The position numbers and the translations under genes are program-made. This document shows, piece by piece, positions 12,575 to 25,017 of a DNA stretch of 64,000 bases. This DNA is from Sphaerodactylus townsendi (taxonomy: Eukaryota), in contig NC_059426.1 in NCBI RefSeq assembly GCF_021028975.2, positions 110,732,001 through 110,796,000 on the forward strand, written 5' to 3'. The number at the start of each line of letters is the position of its first letter. Position 1 is the stretch's first letter. The notes under the pieces are model-generated. The model saw nothing but the letters and a program-made list of their open reading frames with translations, did not search any database and was not told the DNA's origin.

Positions 12575-13027
12575 GGCCGTTTCCGCACGGCCATCGAGGC
12601 GCCACCACGCCGGCAAGAATTCTGCCGGCGTGGAAGCGGAGGCCGTTCGCATGCAGGCATGAGGACGGCCTCTTCCCCCCCTTCCCTTTCCCATTTACCT
12701 CTCGTGTCGCCGTCCTGCGGGCCTCCTCAGCCCCGCCCACGCTGCCCTCCGACCTCCAGGGGTCGGAGGACAGTGAGGGAGGGACTTAGGAGGCCAGCAG
12801 GATGGTGACACGAGAGGTAAATGGGAAGGGGAAACAGCGTGTTCCCGGCGGTGCGGTTCGCACCGCGCCGCCGGGAAGACGCTTTCCCCTCAACAACAAC
12901 CCTTTAAAGGGCTGTTGTTTAGGGCGGCCTGACGCCGCCCTGGGGGAGGAGGAGCGCAGTCAGGCGGCCTGGGGGCGGCGTTTTTACCGCCCCCAGGCCG
13001 TCGTTTTTGGCCCGTGCAGAAAGGGCC
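12575..13027. mobile_element. PIF/Harbinger-type MITE, CpG-rich and young
   Basis: TIRs GGCCGTTTCCGCACGG / CCGTGCAGAAAGGGCC; 3-bp TSD TCA on both sides; internal inverted arms. Confidence 0.9.
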
Positions 13028-15384
13028 TCAGTGTTTTGTTTGCTTATTTTCCAGACGTATATCAAATAATGTTTCACTTGAATATTTAAAGAAAAGCACT
13101 GCAGGGCAAACTTGCTGACATGCCACCATGAAACCCTTTCACAAAGGCTGCCACCTTTCACCTACTTATGACACACACTGCTTCATAGCTGTTGTTTCCC
13201 TAACTTTGCACTAAGTGTAGAAACTTTTGAATGATTTGGAGGCTTGCATGAATTGAGACGCTAAATGGAGGAAGGCAGCTAAGCCAGATCCATTATCGCT
13301 CATTCTGTCATAAAGTTATATAGCAATGCAAGTGAGCTCCTTTGAAATTCTGTAAGCAAAGGAAACGTGACATCTCCCCCTTCTACTCTCTGGCATTGTT
13401 TATTTCCTGGTGGGTTAAATTCAAATGCTGCCAAACTTGTGACATCAAAAGAGTCATGTCATTGATTGTCCTTAATTCAGAGAAGTGCAGATTCTCAGTT
13501 CTGTATGGCACAGTGTACAAGGAGCTGACAACTCCTCTTGCAATCATTAGGCTCTGTGTTGGGCAAGCTACTGATTGTCTTTAGCAGGTGTCTTAAATGT
13601 GACTTGTGCTCAACCAGTAGCTTTCTGTTTGCTGTGGAGTAACTCATGCAGCCCCTAGAAGATCCAGGGAGACTTTGAAAAAAATTGCTCTAGGCTTTTT
13701 TTCTTTAAAAAATGAGAAAAGCTTTTACCGGTATTTTATAGTATTTCTCTCTGTGCTGCTTATCTGGCTGCTATATTTCTGGTACTCTTCCTAGTTAATG
13801 TTCTGTTTCTAAGACAGAAAAAAAAACTTGGTTACATGCAGGGATAGGTTAGGTAGCTGGGGTATTTCTCATTACTCTGAAGTCACTCGAATTGAAGAAA
13901 TGGTTGGTGACCCTCTGTCTACAGCTCCAGCATACATACTTATTTCCCTTTCTTAAATCTCAGAGACACAGAAAATCTCAGTTTCTTGGTTCAAGAAACT
14001 CTAATAAATGCCCTGAGAAGAAACAAAAAAAATGACTTCTAATTTCAGTTGAATGATCCAGTATTTACAACAATATGAATGCACCCTTCAAATCCAGTTC
14101 AGAAAATAATCCTGTGTAAAAGGTTTTAGGAGGTAAATCACATGGGATGCTGTTGGGAGAAGGATTTGCTCATGTCATAATCCCCAGACTGACTGCTGAT
14201 TCCATTGTGTGGTTGTTGAGCCTTTTGTCAGAGTTTTGTGGGTGCCTCCACCACATCTATGTCTTGTATAACCGTACACAAACATAAGCACTAGTGAGCA
14301 AAGTGAAGGAAAATAGTTGATGCATTTGCAAAAGTTGTTAGATTGTTCCTTCTTCTTTGGATGAACAACTGGAAATTCTGTGGAAAATTAGACAAGCAAA
14401 GAAAAGTTCTTTCCATATGATAAGTTCACAAAATGCTGACTCTCATGGTGTGACCCAACAAAATGGTGTATTTATGCTTGCCATTGAATAGTCTTCATAT
14501 ACGTGCTTATATTTACCAGTAGCTAAACTTTACTTTTATTCTCTAGTACATTCGTTCAGAAGAATGGCTACATGACTTTGAAACATTTGAGAACACTTAT
14601 CAGGAGACCACCAAGGAGGCTTCTGGCATTTAAATGCAGGTTCAGTTCTGATAAAAGACTGAAAAAGGACTTCCAAATGGTTTGCATAGCTATTTGTTGT
14701 GAAAGCTATTGGTTCTGATAGAAGTACAGTCAACAGGAGAGCATCTCTGCATATCTCATGCCAGCTGTACAAAGGTTCTTCTTTCAGCAAGAGAAGTAGA
14801 TGTGCTGCTATGCGGTGATTTGCTTCTTTCTATGAGCAAGCAATCAGGTAAGTAAAAGGTGGCAGTATTAGGGCACATAGTTAAGATTAGAATAAGTCTA
14901 TTCATTGCATCGTATATCCAATATTTTCTTCATCCAGCCAAAAATTTCAAATAACAAGACTCTTAAAAAAGCATAAAACCTAAAAAAGACCTAAAAAAGC
15001 ATAGCTCATTCACAACAGAGCAAACCAGTCTTCTGCTCACTGAAAGCGTCCACTTAGTTTCATGCTGTCAAACACCTCAAGCCATCTGTTTCACTGTTAA
15101 TCAGCATATTTGAAAGAAAAAATGGCAAAGACTGCTGTTGTATGACATTTGTTACAGTTGTAAACTGTTACTGTGGCTAGTGATTGCCTAGTTTGAAGAC
15201 AAATATTACTCTACTTTGCGCACCAACATTAACTAAAAACCAATTATTAATCCCATTACATTTAATAGATTTAACTCTGATGTGGATTTCTTCTATTATA
15301 AGATGAGTATGCCATGGCATCCTTACTTTCTTTCATTACAAAAGCTAAAGAGGTAAATGTAGGAAATGGGCTAGTATCTAGGAT

Positions 15385-15732
15385 AAGGTTGCCAGCAACA
15401 TTCCCTGTAAGCTGTGTACATGCAGCCATCATATTGGTGCTGCCCAGATAAGGGGCCACTTAGTTGTAGGAGCTCTCCTGGGTGCCTCAGTTTGGCATGA
15501 TGTTTTGGAACTTCCATGCAGCACCAGCAAAGGGCTTGGCAGCACTTCCTTGGCAAATGCCAGGAGGTTTTGAGGGCAGTGCCTGGGGTAGATGGAGTTT
15601 GAGGAAGATGTGATGTCACTTCCATGGTGACTTTATAGGAATTTACCCTAATCTTTATGGTAAATAACAGAGACATGAGAAAATTCTTAGAGTGCCACCT
15701 CTGCTCCTCAATTTGTTCAGCAAATGGCAAAC
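15385..15732. mobile_element. Degraded MITE with TAGGGTTGCC-type termini
   Basis: Left TAAGGTTGCCAG, right ATGGCAAAC; internal GTGATGTCACTTCC motif. Confidence 0.4.
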
Positions 15733-15751
15733 AAAGAACATGCTTAATCTT

Positions 15752-15925
15752 AGAAACTGAGGTTCAAATCTCCAGTCTGCCATATAAGTTTGCTGAGTAA
15801 CTGTGGGCTAGTGACTGTCTCTCAGTCTAATATGCTTCACAAAATAATTGTTGTAACAATGAAATGGAGAAACAAATGAGCAAATTGGGGTAGAAAATTG
15901 TGGTATAAAAATCTCAATAAATAGA
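15752..15925 (+). mobile_element. Old MIR/Squam3-like SINE
   Basis: B-box GGTTCAAATC and GCTGAGTAACTGTGGGCTAGTGAC resemble the 6824 SINE core. Confidence 0.55.
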
Positions 15926-17571
15926 GACTAGATTACAGACTGCTGCCAAATGTATACTTTCTGTGTCCATGAAGACATTCGAAGCACAATTCCAGGTTCT
16001 GTATTAATTCACTATTTCCACATTTACTCTACTGTAGTACAGCAAGTCAAAAATGTAACAGCATCTAAATCACAAAGGCTTGGTGGGACCTTTAAAAATT
16101 GTCACTAAGGAGAAAAATTGCCATGCAATTATCTAAATAAAACAAAACATTAATGTTGAATTTGTGAAAGCAAAGATTTCTTCCATTGCATTTAAAAATG
16201 TGACTCTTCTCAGGGTTTGTCAAGCAGCAGCAGAAAAGAGAATCTCTCCAAGGGCACAGGGTAAACACGCAGGATTGAAATTCACAGCTTGTGCTCACTG
16301 CAGCTCTGCTGTCCTTGAACCTTGCCACTTAATGATAAAAATGTTAACCACAGATACTGGATCAGGAGGAAAGCACATCACAGGGTCAATCCGTGGCATT
16401 TCCAAGCCTTTCATGCCAGGACAAGTTGCTGAGCTAATGGTTTTATCAAGCTATCTGGGTCACAGAGAGTAATCTATTTAGAGGTCAAGAATGGCTGGCA
16501 GTTTCAGACTTTCCCCTCTCCTACTCAGATGCCAGTCAATTGGATCTTAGGAAACTTGTTACATATTTAAAGACTTGACAAAGGCAAACTGCAGGGCTTC
16601 TCGCAATTCTGCTGCTTCTGCACCAAAGGGATTCTGCTGACCTGCAAGTGTCTTCCAGCAAGAAAGAAGTTCTGCAGTCAGGATCAAATGATAGGAGAAA
16701 GAGTATTTCATAACCTATATCTTCAGCAGAAATGTGAAAAGTGTTCCTCCTTTATTCCTGTGTCAGTTTTGGTTGTTCTATAAACCAGCATCACATGTTT
16801 GGGACAGGAATTTCTAAATCTGCCTTAAAATATGAGCACAACTTAATGGTAAAACAGAGATGCATGACCAACCCCCTTAGATATCTGGTCAGTGTTACAG
16901 AAACATTTTACTTCCCTAAAAATGTCAAATGTTTTGCCTGAACATGTTCAAAATGTCATTCTAAGAAAAATTTGGTGGCTGTCAAAGACATTCCTGGAGA
17001 TCCATGACACTTCAGCAAATAGATAACCATACTGCTTCTAGCACTCAAAAATAAATGCACAGATAATCCTATCAAAGAAGAAAACAATAGTATGCTCTTG
17101 GAATTCCCATCTTGCTCTTTTGGCAATACATCCCTTTCTTTAACAATCAAAAATTTAGCAAATGACTTTCCACCTATGCCCTCCCTCCCATATGACTCCT
17201 CCTAAATTTCTACATAATTTGCTGGAATTACATGAGTTTTTTTAAAAGACAGCTTATCTGCATTTAAATATAACTAGGTCACAATAAAGCTAAAAAGGAA
17301 AAAAAGATATTAGGAAAGAATGTCTGACTTGTGTTTCCAACTACTCATCTTTCCCACTAGTGATCTGCTCTGGCCAGATCGTCTGCCCAAATGATTCCTT
17401 CAGAAGGCAGGTTTGATACTTTGCTTGTCTGAATACACACTATTTAGCAATGCAATTAAATACTGAAATTTTTTATTACAAATAAAACTATGACCATCTA
17501 TTTTTTTTAAAAAAACCCTCACTTTAAAATCAGGTGCTTACAGGATTTATTTATTTCTTATTTATTACTTA

Positions 17572-17711
17572 GGCTGATTCCGCATGGGCCAAAAACAGCA
17601 GTTTGAAAACGATGTGAAAATGGTGTAAAAGGGTTTAAAACAGTGTAAAAGGGTTTATACTGTTTTCACACCGTTTTCACACTGCTGTTTTTGGCCCGTG
17701 CGGAATCAGCC
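17572..17711. mobile_element. Short palindromic PIF/Harbinger-type MITE
   Basis: TIRs GGCTGATTCCGCATGGGCCAAAAACAGC / GCTGTTTTTGGCCCGTGCGGAATCAGCC; flanks TTA/TTT. Inserted in an antisense L2-like 3' tail. Confidence 0.88.
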
Positions 17712-17789
17712 TTTGATTTTTACTCTGCCCTACTCCTGAAGGGCTCAGAGCAACAACAACAATAAAAAACTATTGTTTATTGGGTTGTA

Positions 17790-20190
17790 GAAGTTAGATA
17801 AGGAATGGATGGCACCACTGGGGCTAGGGATCCTGGTTTTATTGGGATGGGGACGATATGATGGTAGGTGGAGGCCAAATGAGAGAAGAAGGTGGAGATG
17901 TATTTATGCTCAGCCTCCCTCTGACCCCCAGCCTATCCTGAGAAATGAGGGCTATGGACTCAAGGGGAACTCTGCTTCATTATTGGTGTTGATCAATGCC
18001 AGGTCCATTAATAATAAGACCACGGTACTCTGGGATTTCCAAGAGTTCCCAACTTGGACCTGGCCTGTGTCACCAAGACCTGGGTCCGTGATGGTGAGAC
18101 AGTCACCTTATGCAAGGCCACACCACAAGGTTTTGCGCGCATCCACCAATCACGAACCCAGGGCCGGGGAGAGGAGTCACTATGTTAATCCATGAATCCA
18201 TCCCCTTCAGGGCACTCCCTGTTATGAAAATCATAGGTATTGAGTGTGCCGGCTTAGTGTTGGAAGCCATGGAGAAGTTGGCTGTCCTGCTGGTGTACCA
18301 GTCACCTAGAGCACTGGCAGAAAGCCTGCCACAGCTACTGGAGGCAGCAGCCAATTGGGCATTGTGGTTCCCCAGATGTACTATCTTGGGGGACTTCAAT
18401 GTCCATGTGGACTCCACCTCATGCTCAGTGGCTGTGGACCTGGTGTCATCCATGGCGATGCTGGGCTTCTCCTTATGCAATTCAGGACCCACACATGAAG
18501 CAGGTCACACTCTGGATTTGGTTTTTGGTTTAGTTGTTGGTTTGGTCTTATCCTCTGTGGACAGATTGCCATGGTCTGACCATTATGCACTGAAGGTTTG
18601 GATGAACTTGCTGCACCAACCCTGTCTAGGCAACAGGCTGATTTTTGCCCCCCACCCCCGTGGAGACTTATGGATCCGATTGGTTTCCTGAATGCTCTGC
18701 AGGACCCTGAGCCCATTGGCACACTCAATGACCAGGTTAAAAACTGAAATGCCAGGTTCTAAGAGGCCATCGAAGTGATTGTTCTACGGTGCCCTCTGTG
18801 CCCCCGTTCATGGCTGGCACCTTGGTATACTGAGGAGCTACGCCGTATGAAATGGGAGCTTAGATGGCGAGAGCAATTGTGGAGGAAGTTTCACGATGAA
18901 GCAGTGTGATCATCCTGTATAGGACATTTATGAAGGCCTATGAGATGGTGACAAAGAGGGGGGAAAGGGATTACTTTTCATCCTCTCTTGTGTCCGCAAG
19001 CTCTCGCCCAGCTCTCATGTCTGCAAGCTCTTGACAATTGTTTCAAATTATTCAGTCCTTATCCTCTCTGCAAGAAGACTCCAAAAGTTCCCAATTGACC
19101 CATAGCTGTGAGGCCTTTATGAGCTTTTTTTGCAGATAAAGTCACGTTACTCCACCACAACCTTCCTGCCACCTTGGAGACAATTAGCGAACTGGAGGCT
19201 CCATTGCTGTCTTCAGGTCCTGTTTTTAGAATAGAATAGAATAGAATAGAATAGAATCTTTATTGGCCAAGTGTGATTTGACACACAAGGAATTTGTCTC
19301 CGGTGCATATGCTCTCAGTGTACATGGTTTTGGACCAGTTTTCTCTGCTTGTGGAGTCTGATCTGAACAGGGTCCTAGCTGTTGTCAGACCTACTACCTG
19401 CCCTTTGGATCCATGCCCTTTGGATCCAGGATGGCTGATTAAAGAATGCCACGGGGGGGGGGGGTTACAACCCCATCTATTGAATATTATCAATCACTCC
19501 CTCGAGCAAGGAGTGTTTCTGAATGGGTTGAAAGAGGCGGTGGTCCACCCACACTCGAAAAGATCATCATTATATCCTAGTGATCTGGCCAATTACTGAC
19601 CCATCTCGAACTTGTAATTCTTGGGGAAGGTAATTGAGAGGGTGGTGTTGGAGCAGCTTTAAGGCTTTCTGGAGGATTCATCAGCACTCGATCCCTTCTC
19701 ATTCCGGCTTCCATGCTGGGCATGGGAGACTGTCCTTACCACTTTCACAGACACACTTTGCATCCAGCTCGACCGAGGCAGATCGGTGCTTCTAGTACTG
19801 TTAGACCTTACCGCAGAATTTGATATGGCTGATCATGACCTTTTACCCACCGCCTGGCCACCTTGGGCGTCCAGGGTGTGGCCTTACAATGGCCTGCCTC
19901 GTTCCTCAGGGGTTGGAGTCAGCAAGTGAGGTGCGGGGACAGGTTCTCCCAGTGGTGCCCACTTCATTTCAGAGTGTCGCAGGGAGCTCTCCTGTCCCCT
20001 ATATTAATTAACATCTATATGCGACCTCTTGCTTAACTAGTGCAGAGTTTTGGGCTGATCTGTCATCAGTATGCAGATGACACTTAGCTCATTCTGTTGA
20101 CAGAGGGTGGGCCAGCCGCTGCCCCTGCAGCTCTCCAGCACTGTTTGAAGGCAGTTGCTGGTTGGTTGATGCTAAGCAGGTTAAAACTAC
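17790..20190 (+). mobile_element. L2-clade LINE, endonuclease and RT, 3'-truncated and decayed
   Basis: APE motifs LINARSINNKT, ILGDFNVHVD, GPTHEAGHTLDLVF, PWSDHY; RT motifs LKEAVVHP, LLDL and YADD (TATGCAGATGAC ~20070). Multiple stops. Homologous to 29490-32460. Confidence 0.92.
19227..19326 (-). mobile_element. Very short LINE 3' end with an (AATAG)n tail, Rex1/Babar-like, inserted in L2
   Basis: (AGAAT)6 followed by CTTTATTGGCCAAGTGTGATTTGACACACAAGGAATTTG...; interrupts the L2 between two GTTTT copies. Family name from recall. Confidence 0.7.
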
Positions 20191-21558
20191 ACAGCTCAGG
20201 GCCTCTGCCTGAGCCCTTGTTGTTGAGAGGATTGGCGCGAGCAGTGGTAAGAGAAGGTAGAATTTGCTGGGCAGGTCTTACAATTTTGTGGTCCAGTACC
20301 GACTGCCAGGACCAACACCGGCTCTCCCACTGCTGGCGCCCCAGCCTGGAACCACCGCTTGTCCCTGTAGTCCGCCATCGTGGCTGTCCAGGCTTGCGAT
20401 GTGCTGTTCCCAGCCGCTTACCAGTCCCAGCCCCAGAATAGTTTAGAGGGATTTATAACAAGACCAAATTGTCTCATTCTGGGCTCCAACAGCCAAAAAT
20501 TCCAAAAGGAGGTAAAATATGTCTTTTCCTATCCTAAGTTACAAAGGGAGGTAAGAAATATGTATTTTCCTGCCCTAGGTCACATTTAATTGAGCTAATT
20601 CACCAGAGCTTCGATCTGCTCCGGGCATCATCTTGATTGATGCATAAACATTGGAGGGGGGAGTAAATGGGATTAGTTTATCAGAAACCAATGATTCAGT
20701 ATTAACAGGATGCAGTCCTCTTACATAGCTTCAAATAATAAACTGACTTTTTAAAAAATCACAATTTGTATGTTCATATATATGGAATGGCAAGGACAGA
20801 GTGTGGGAAGAATGTTGCAGTTATGTACTTCACCTAGAGACATAATGCTTAGGACCAGGTTGGTGTAGATAAAATTGGTTAAAGGACCAGATTTCACATG
20901 CAAATCACCTTTTTAAGATGCCATTTTTCCCTAAACAGAAAACATTTAAAAGAATTAATGAAAAATGTTTAGTATGCATGCCACTGTTTATGAATCCCAA
21001 CAAAAAGAAAAAAAGCTAGTTGTCTACTGAAAAATCTTTACTTTCTTGTGTTCCTGTAAAACAGAAATATAACTGCCATTGTAAATTTGTTCTAAGCTCC
21101 CAATCACTTGCACAATATTGTAAAACATGGAAAATGCTTTTCTCAAATGGGACTATTAAATCTAGCCCAAGAATGATATTCTATACACATGCAATCCTGA
21201 ATTTCTGCGACTTGCCTCTGTATTAAATCAAGTCTCAAGATATTTAGACTTAGTAATGCTGTTATGATACAAATGCCAATTATGTCATTGCCCAGCTGCC
21301 CCTTTTGGGGGACAGAGGGGTTTAGAAGAGAGGCCTGAGAAGCATGTATAATGGCTGTTAGAAAGGCATAAATCCCATGAAAACAGCTCAAAGAATAATC
21401 ATCAGTCAAGACTTTAATCATCACAAAAAAACTAGTTTAGAGAATCAGGCAGATCCTAGGAGTAATAGCTCTAAAATGAAAAGGTCCTCAGAGAGCATTT
21501 GTTTCATTACAGGACAATTGTGCCATCCCTCAACCTTGTTTATCTTTAGCTTTTCCTG

Positions 21559-21564
<6 letters not shown>

Positions 21565-21602
<38 letters not shown>
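21565..21602. repeat. (AG)n microsatellite
   Basis: Direct inspection. Confidence 0.98.
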
Positions 21603-21604
<2 letters not shown>

Positions 21605-21984
21605 TGGCTTCTTCTTGCTGTAATAAAGATACAAGCATTACTGGGGGAAAATGAATATTGTTCTCCAGTAGCTATTTCATTGAGCTGGTATAGAGATCTC
21701 TGTGCCATTTGTTTTTGTCATCTTGAGGAAAAAACATGTAACACTTGCTGTATTTTATAGGAATGTATGCCCAAAGTGTGGCTCTCTGATAAAGGATTAC
21801 CTGCACTCCAAAGCACAATTATGATATACAGCAGGAATTTGCATAACCATTTCCTTTTGGCTGAAATCCCATTTACAGTTAGGCTACTTAAATCTTATTA
21901 AAGGCAGTGGGATTTAAGTAGTCTTTGTGCAGGATCACAACTATTTGTTTCTAATCAGTTTGTTCACAACTCATTGCAGTTAAT

Positions 21985-22455
21985 GGCGTTTTCCGCACGA
22001 TCATATATCCTGAGATAAAAAGGTGAAATATCCCAGTTTGGCCATGACTTCCACATGGCTTCCAGGCATAACTTGGGCCTGCCCTGCGAGATTTCCCTTC
22101 TCCTGCGGCTTTTAAAAAATGATAAATTGGTGGTTCTTTTGAAAAAACCATGCTGATCCCTATCCCATGCAAACACCACATGAGATGGAACAGTTATTTT
22201 TTCCCACATCACCGCCTGCAGCCAATCAGAATGTCAGAAAAACAGGACAGTTTGGGCATTTGCAACAATGTTGGCAAGGAAAATGAAAGTAAACCAGGGG
22301 CCATGTGTAATCACCTGGAGTTCTTCCTCCCAACCTGAACATGCTGACGGGCTGCCGTGCGAAGAGAGAAACCTGGTATATATGATCCCGGTTTTCCCCC
22401 GGGATGTTTTGTCCGTCCAGAAAATGCCATGAAATGACCCATGTAAGTGATAGCC
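21985..22455. mobile_element. Degraded Harbinger-type MITE
   Basis: Left GGCGTTTTCCGCACG; right end decayed (…GATAGCC); internal CAGCCAATCAGAATGT shared with the 37396 family. Confidence 0.5.
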
Positions 22456-22806
22456 TGCAGATGTTTGGTATCATGGACTCATCTAGAGCATACAAATCAG
22501 TTCACAGGAAGGTGCTAACACATTGTTGACCATTAATGAATACCTAACTATAGACTTGTAGTGTGTAGGGTTGAAGAAGTTGTAAGATTCCCAAGAACTG
22601 AAAGTTTCATCTGGGAATGATCAAATGAAAGTATCCTATGACCAGCAACCAGAAACCTAGAATTTCTGAGCAGTGGGTAAAGAAGCACTCAACCATTTAC
22701 CTAAGACCTTACAATCATCTACTTTCTCATGCATATGAAATGTGGTTAGCCCTCAAGAGCCTCAAAATGTTATAAACATATATTACGCTTGATAGTATAA
22801 AACTCT

Positions 22807-23274
22807 GGCCATTTCTAAATGGCCCAAAAACAGTGCCCTAGGGATATTAAAAACACTGTTCACACAGCTGCTGCTGCTGTATTGTAGCAGTGTCGAGCCA
22901 AACTCCACAAAATGGTGGGAAAATGTCGCTTTTGAAACTTGCTCCCTGAGCGAGTTTTTTGGCCCCCCTGGTGTTCTGTTTACCTACCTCTCCTCCCTGC
23001 ACAGCTCTAGACGGCTGGAGGGACATGTCCATGCTGCCCTCTGACCCCTGGAGGTCAGAGGGCAGCGTGGGTGTGTCCCTCCAGCCATCCAAAGCTGCAC
23101 AGCGGGGAGGGGTAGGTGAACAGGATGAAATGTGGGTGGCTCTGTGCAGAGCCACCTCTGTAGTTTGCAGCAGCTTTAGGGCCTCCCGCACAGTACCATG
23201 CGAGCAGCCCCGAAGCTCCACCGGCATTAATTATGCCAGTAGACAGCCGTTTCTGCCACCGTGCAGAAATGGCC
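22807..23274. mobile_element. PIF/Harbinger-type MITE
   Basis: TIRs GGCCATTTCTAAATGG / CCGTGCAGAAATGGCC; central hairpin GCTGCCCTCTGACCCCTGGAGGTCAGAGGGCAGC, related to the one in 12575-13027. Confidence 0.8.
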
Positions 23275-23569
23275 TATGTGAGAAATAAAGATATAAGCAT
23301 TCAGGGACTCTTAGGGAAGTGGCCAAATGATTTAAGACCTTGGAAGACCTCAGATGTAATTCTAGAAACAGTGGAAGATTTTTAAAAAATCCTTCTAGTA
23401 AATATGCTGTTTATGTAATGTAAAATAACATTTGTAGAAAATTCTCTCCAGTGGAGGGAAAAGCCTCTTTCTCTTCTGACACCTTTTTTGTCCATGCTGT
23501 CAGAACAAAAAATTAGGAGGTATCTTTTTAAAAGACATCCCCAGGATGTCTTATTTGTGATGTGTATAA

Positions 23570-24584
23570 TCTATATATATATATAAATCTAACAGTGTGT
23601 TTGTCCCTGATGGTCTCCCTCAGAAGCTGCTGGACGGATTGCCCCCAAATTTTCACAGGACGTCCCTCCCTGTTGCAGGCAGGTAATCGGACCTTCAAAT
23701 CACCGAAAGTCCATACCTGAGCCAGGTAAAATGTCTTTTTCCTGGTGCACCAGGCCATGAAGCTGCTTGTGTTTAACTGTCACCCTTAGAATGTTTGTGC
23801 AGCCTGTCTGTCTGTGGCCTGCGGGCTTGGTATGAGGGCTTAGAATGTTTGCGCAGATGAGCAGAGATGAGCAGTGAAAACAGTAAATAGGTAATACTGT
23901 TAGGTAGTATGAGTGGAAGTGAAACACATACACACTTTGCCATGTGAGACGTCAGGTGGGGTTCCCCCCCTCACACTCAGGTAACTTTCACTCTCTGTGC
24001 CTCACCCACTGCTACCACACAATACACATCCAGCTCATCCTCACACACCTCACTGTGCCCTCCCTCACATCCAACCACCACTTACCCACTTCCTCACCCA
24101 TATTCACTACAGCTCTCTTTTACTAAAAGTGAGCTGGAGTTTGCCTTTTTCTTCTAAGAAAATCCACGGGGTGGGGGCGAACCAACACTACTGGCTCCGC
24201 TTCTTTTGCACATGGCCCTTTACGAACCCAGGGATCTGGCCTCGATCTGAGCGCCTCACCACCCTGCCTCTGCTGCCTGACTGGGATAGCCTCCTTGCCC
24301 CAGTTCTGCCTTACCCAAGCCAGGACTGTGCATGTCAGCCAGCCTCATGGGCAGCGGGATTCGCACTCTGGACAGTTCCATTGTGGAATGGAAAGGGTTA
24401 CCTTATACTAAAAAAACAAGACAGCACCATATAACGATGTGCATTGAAAAGGGAAAGAGGGATTCCATTTGACCACCCCAAAAGGCTATGCTGGGGATCA
24501 TTGGACCTGCATGGACATCTGTGTGGGTTGCGGACTGTGATGAGAAGGACAATTGTCACAGCAACGCATGGCCAGGCCCGCTAG
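23570..24584 (+). mobile_element. Non-autonomous Helitron
   Basis: 5' TC(TA)nTAAA start, 3' CTAG end after a short subterminal hairpin remnant, inserted between host A (23569) and T (24585), no TSD. The 3' ~270 bp recurs at 56345-56610. Confidence 0.85.
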
Positions 24585-25017
24585 TTGGCTATAATGCTTA
24601 AGAATGTCAAACAATGGTTTATCATCTGGCACCCTTTTTTCTGTGAATTTGGCATGACTATGAGAAAACACAAACTTCAAGTGCCAATAAACTTTTTCCC
24701 CCTTATTGTAAAAAATGCAGAACCTCTGGGGCTTTGTTTCTCAAAACGTTGACAAATGTATTTGTTCTGGGTCTGTGTGAAACAGCATCCCAAGCAGCAC
24801 CCAGATAACTCACAAATTCATGGGTTAAGTAGATCCACTTGTACACTGGCAAAGTAGTTTCAGTTTTTATCCCAAAGCTGCCTTATGCAACACACATTCA
24901 GGGTGAAGTATCATATGATTTGACTATCATATGCATTGTCAGTCTCTTGTTCTGAGCCCATTCTTACTCACAACCCTCTGTATACATGAATCACAACCCT
25001 CTGTATACATGAAAAAA

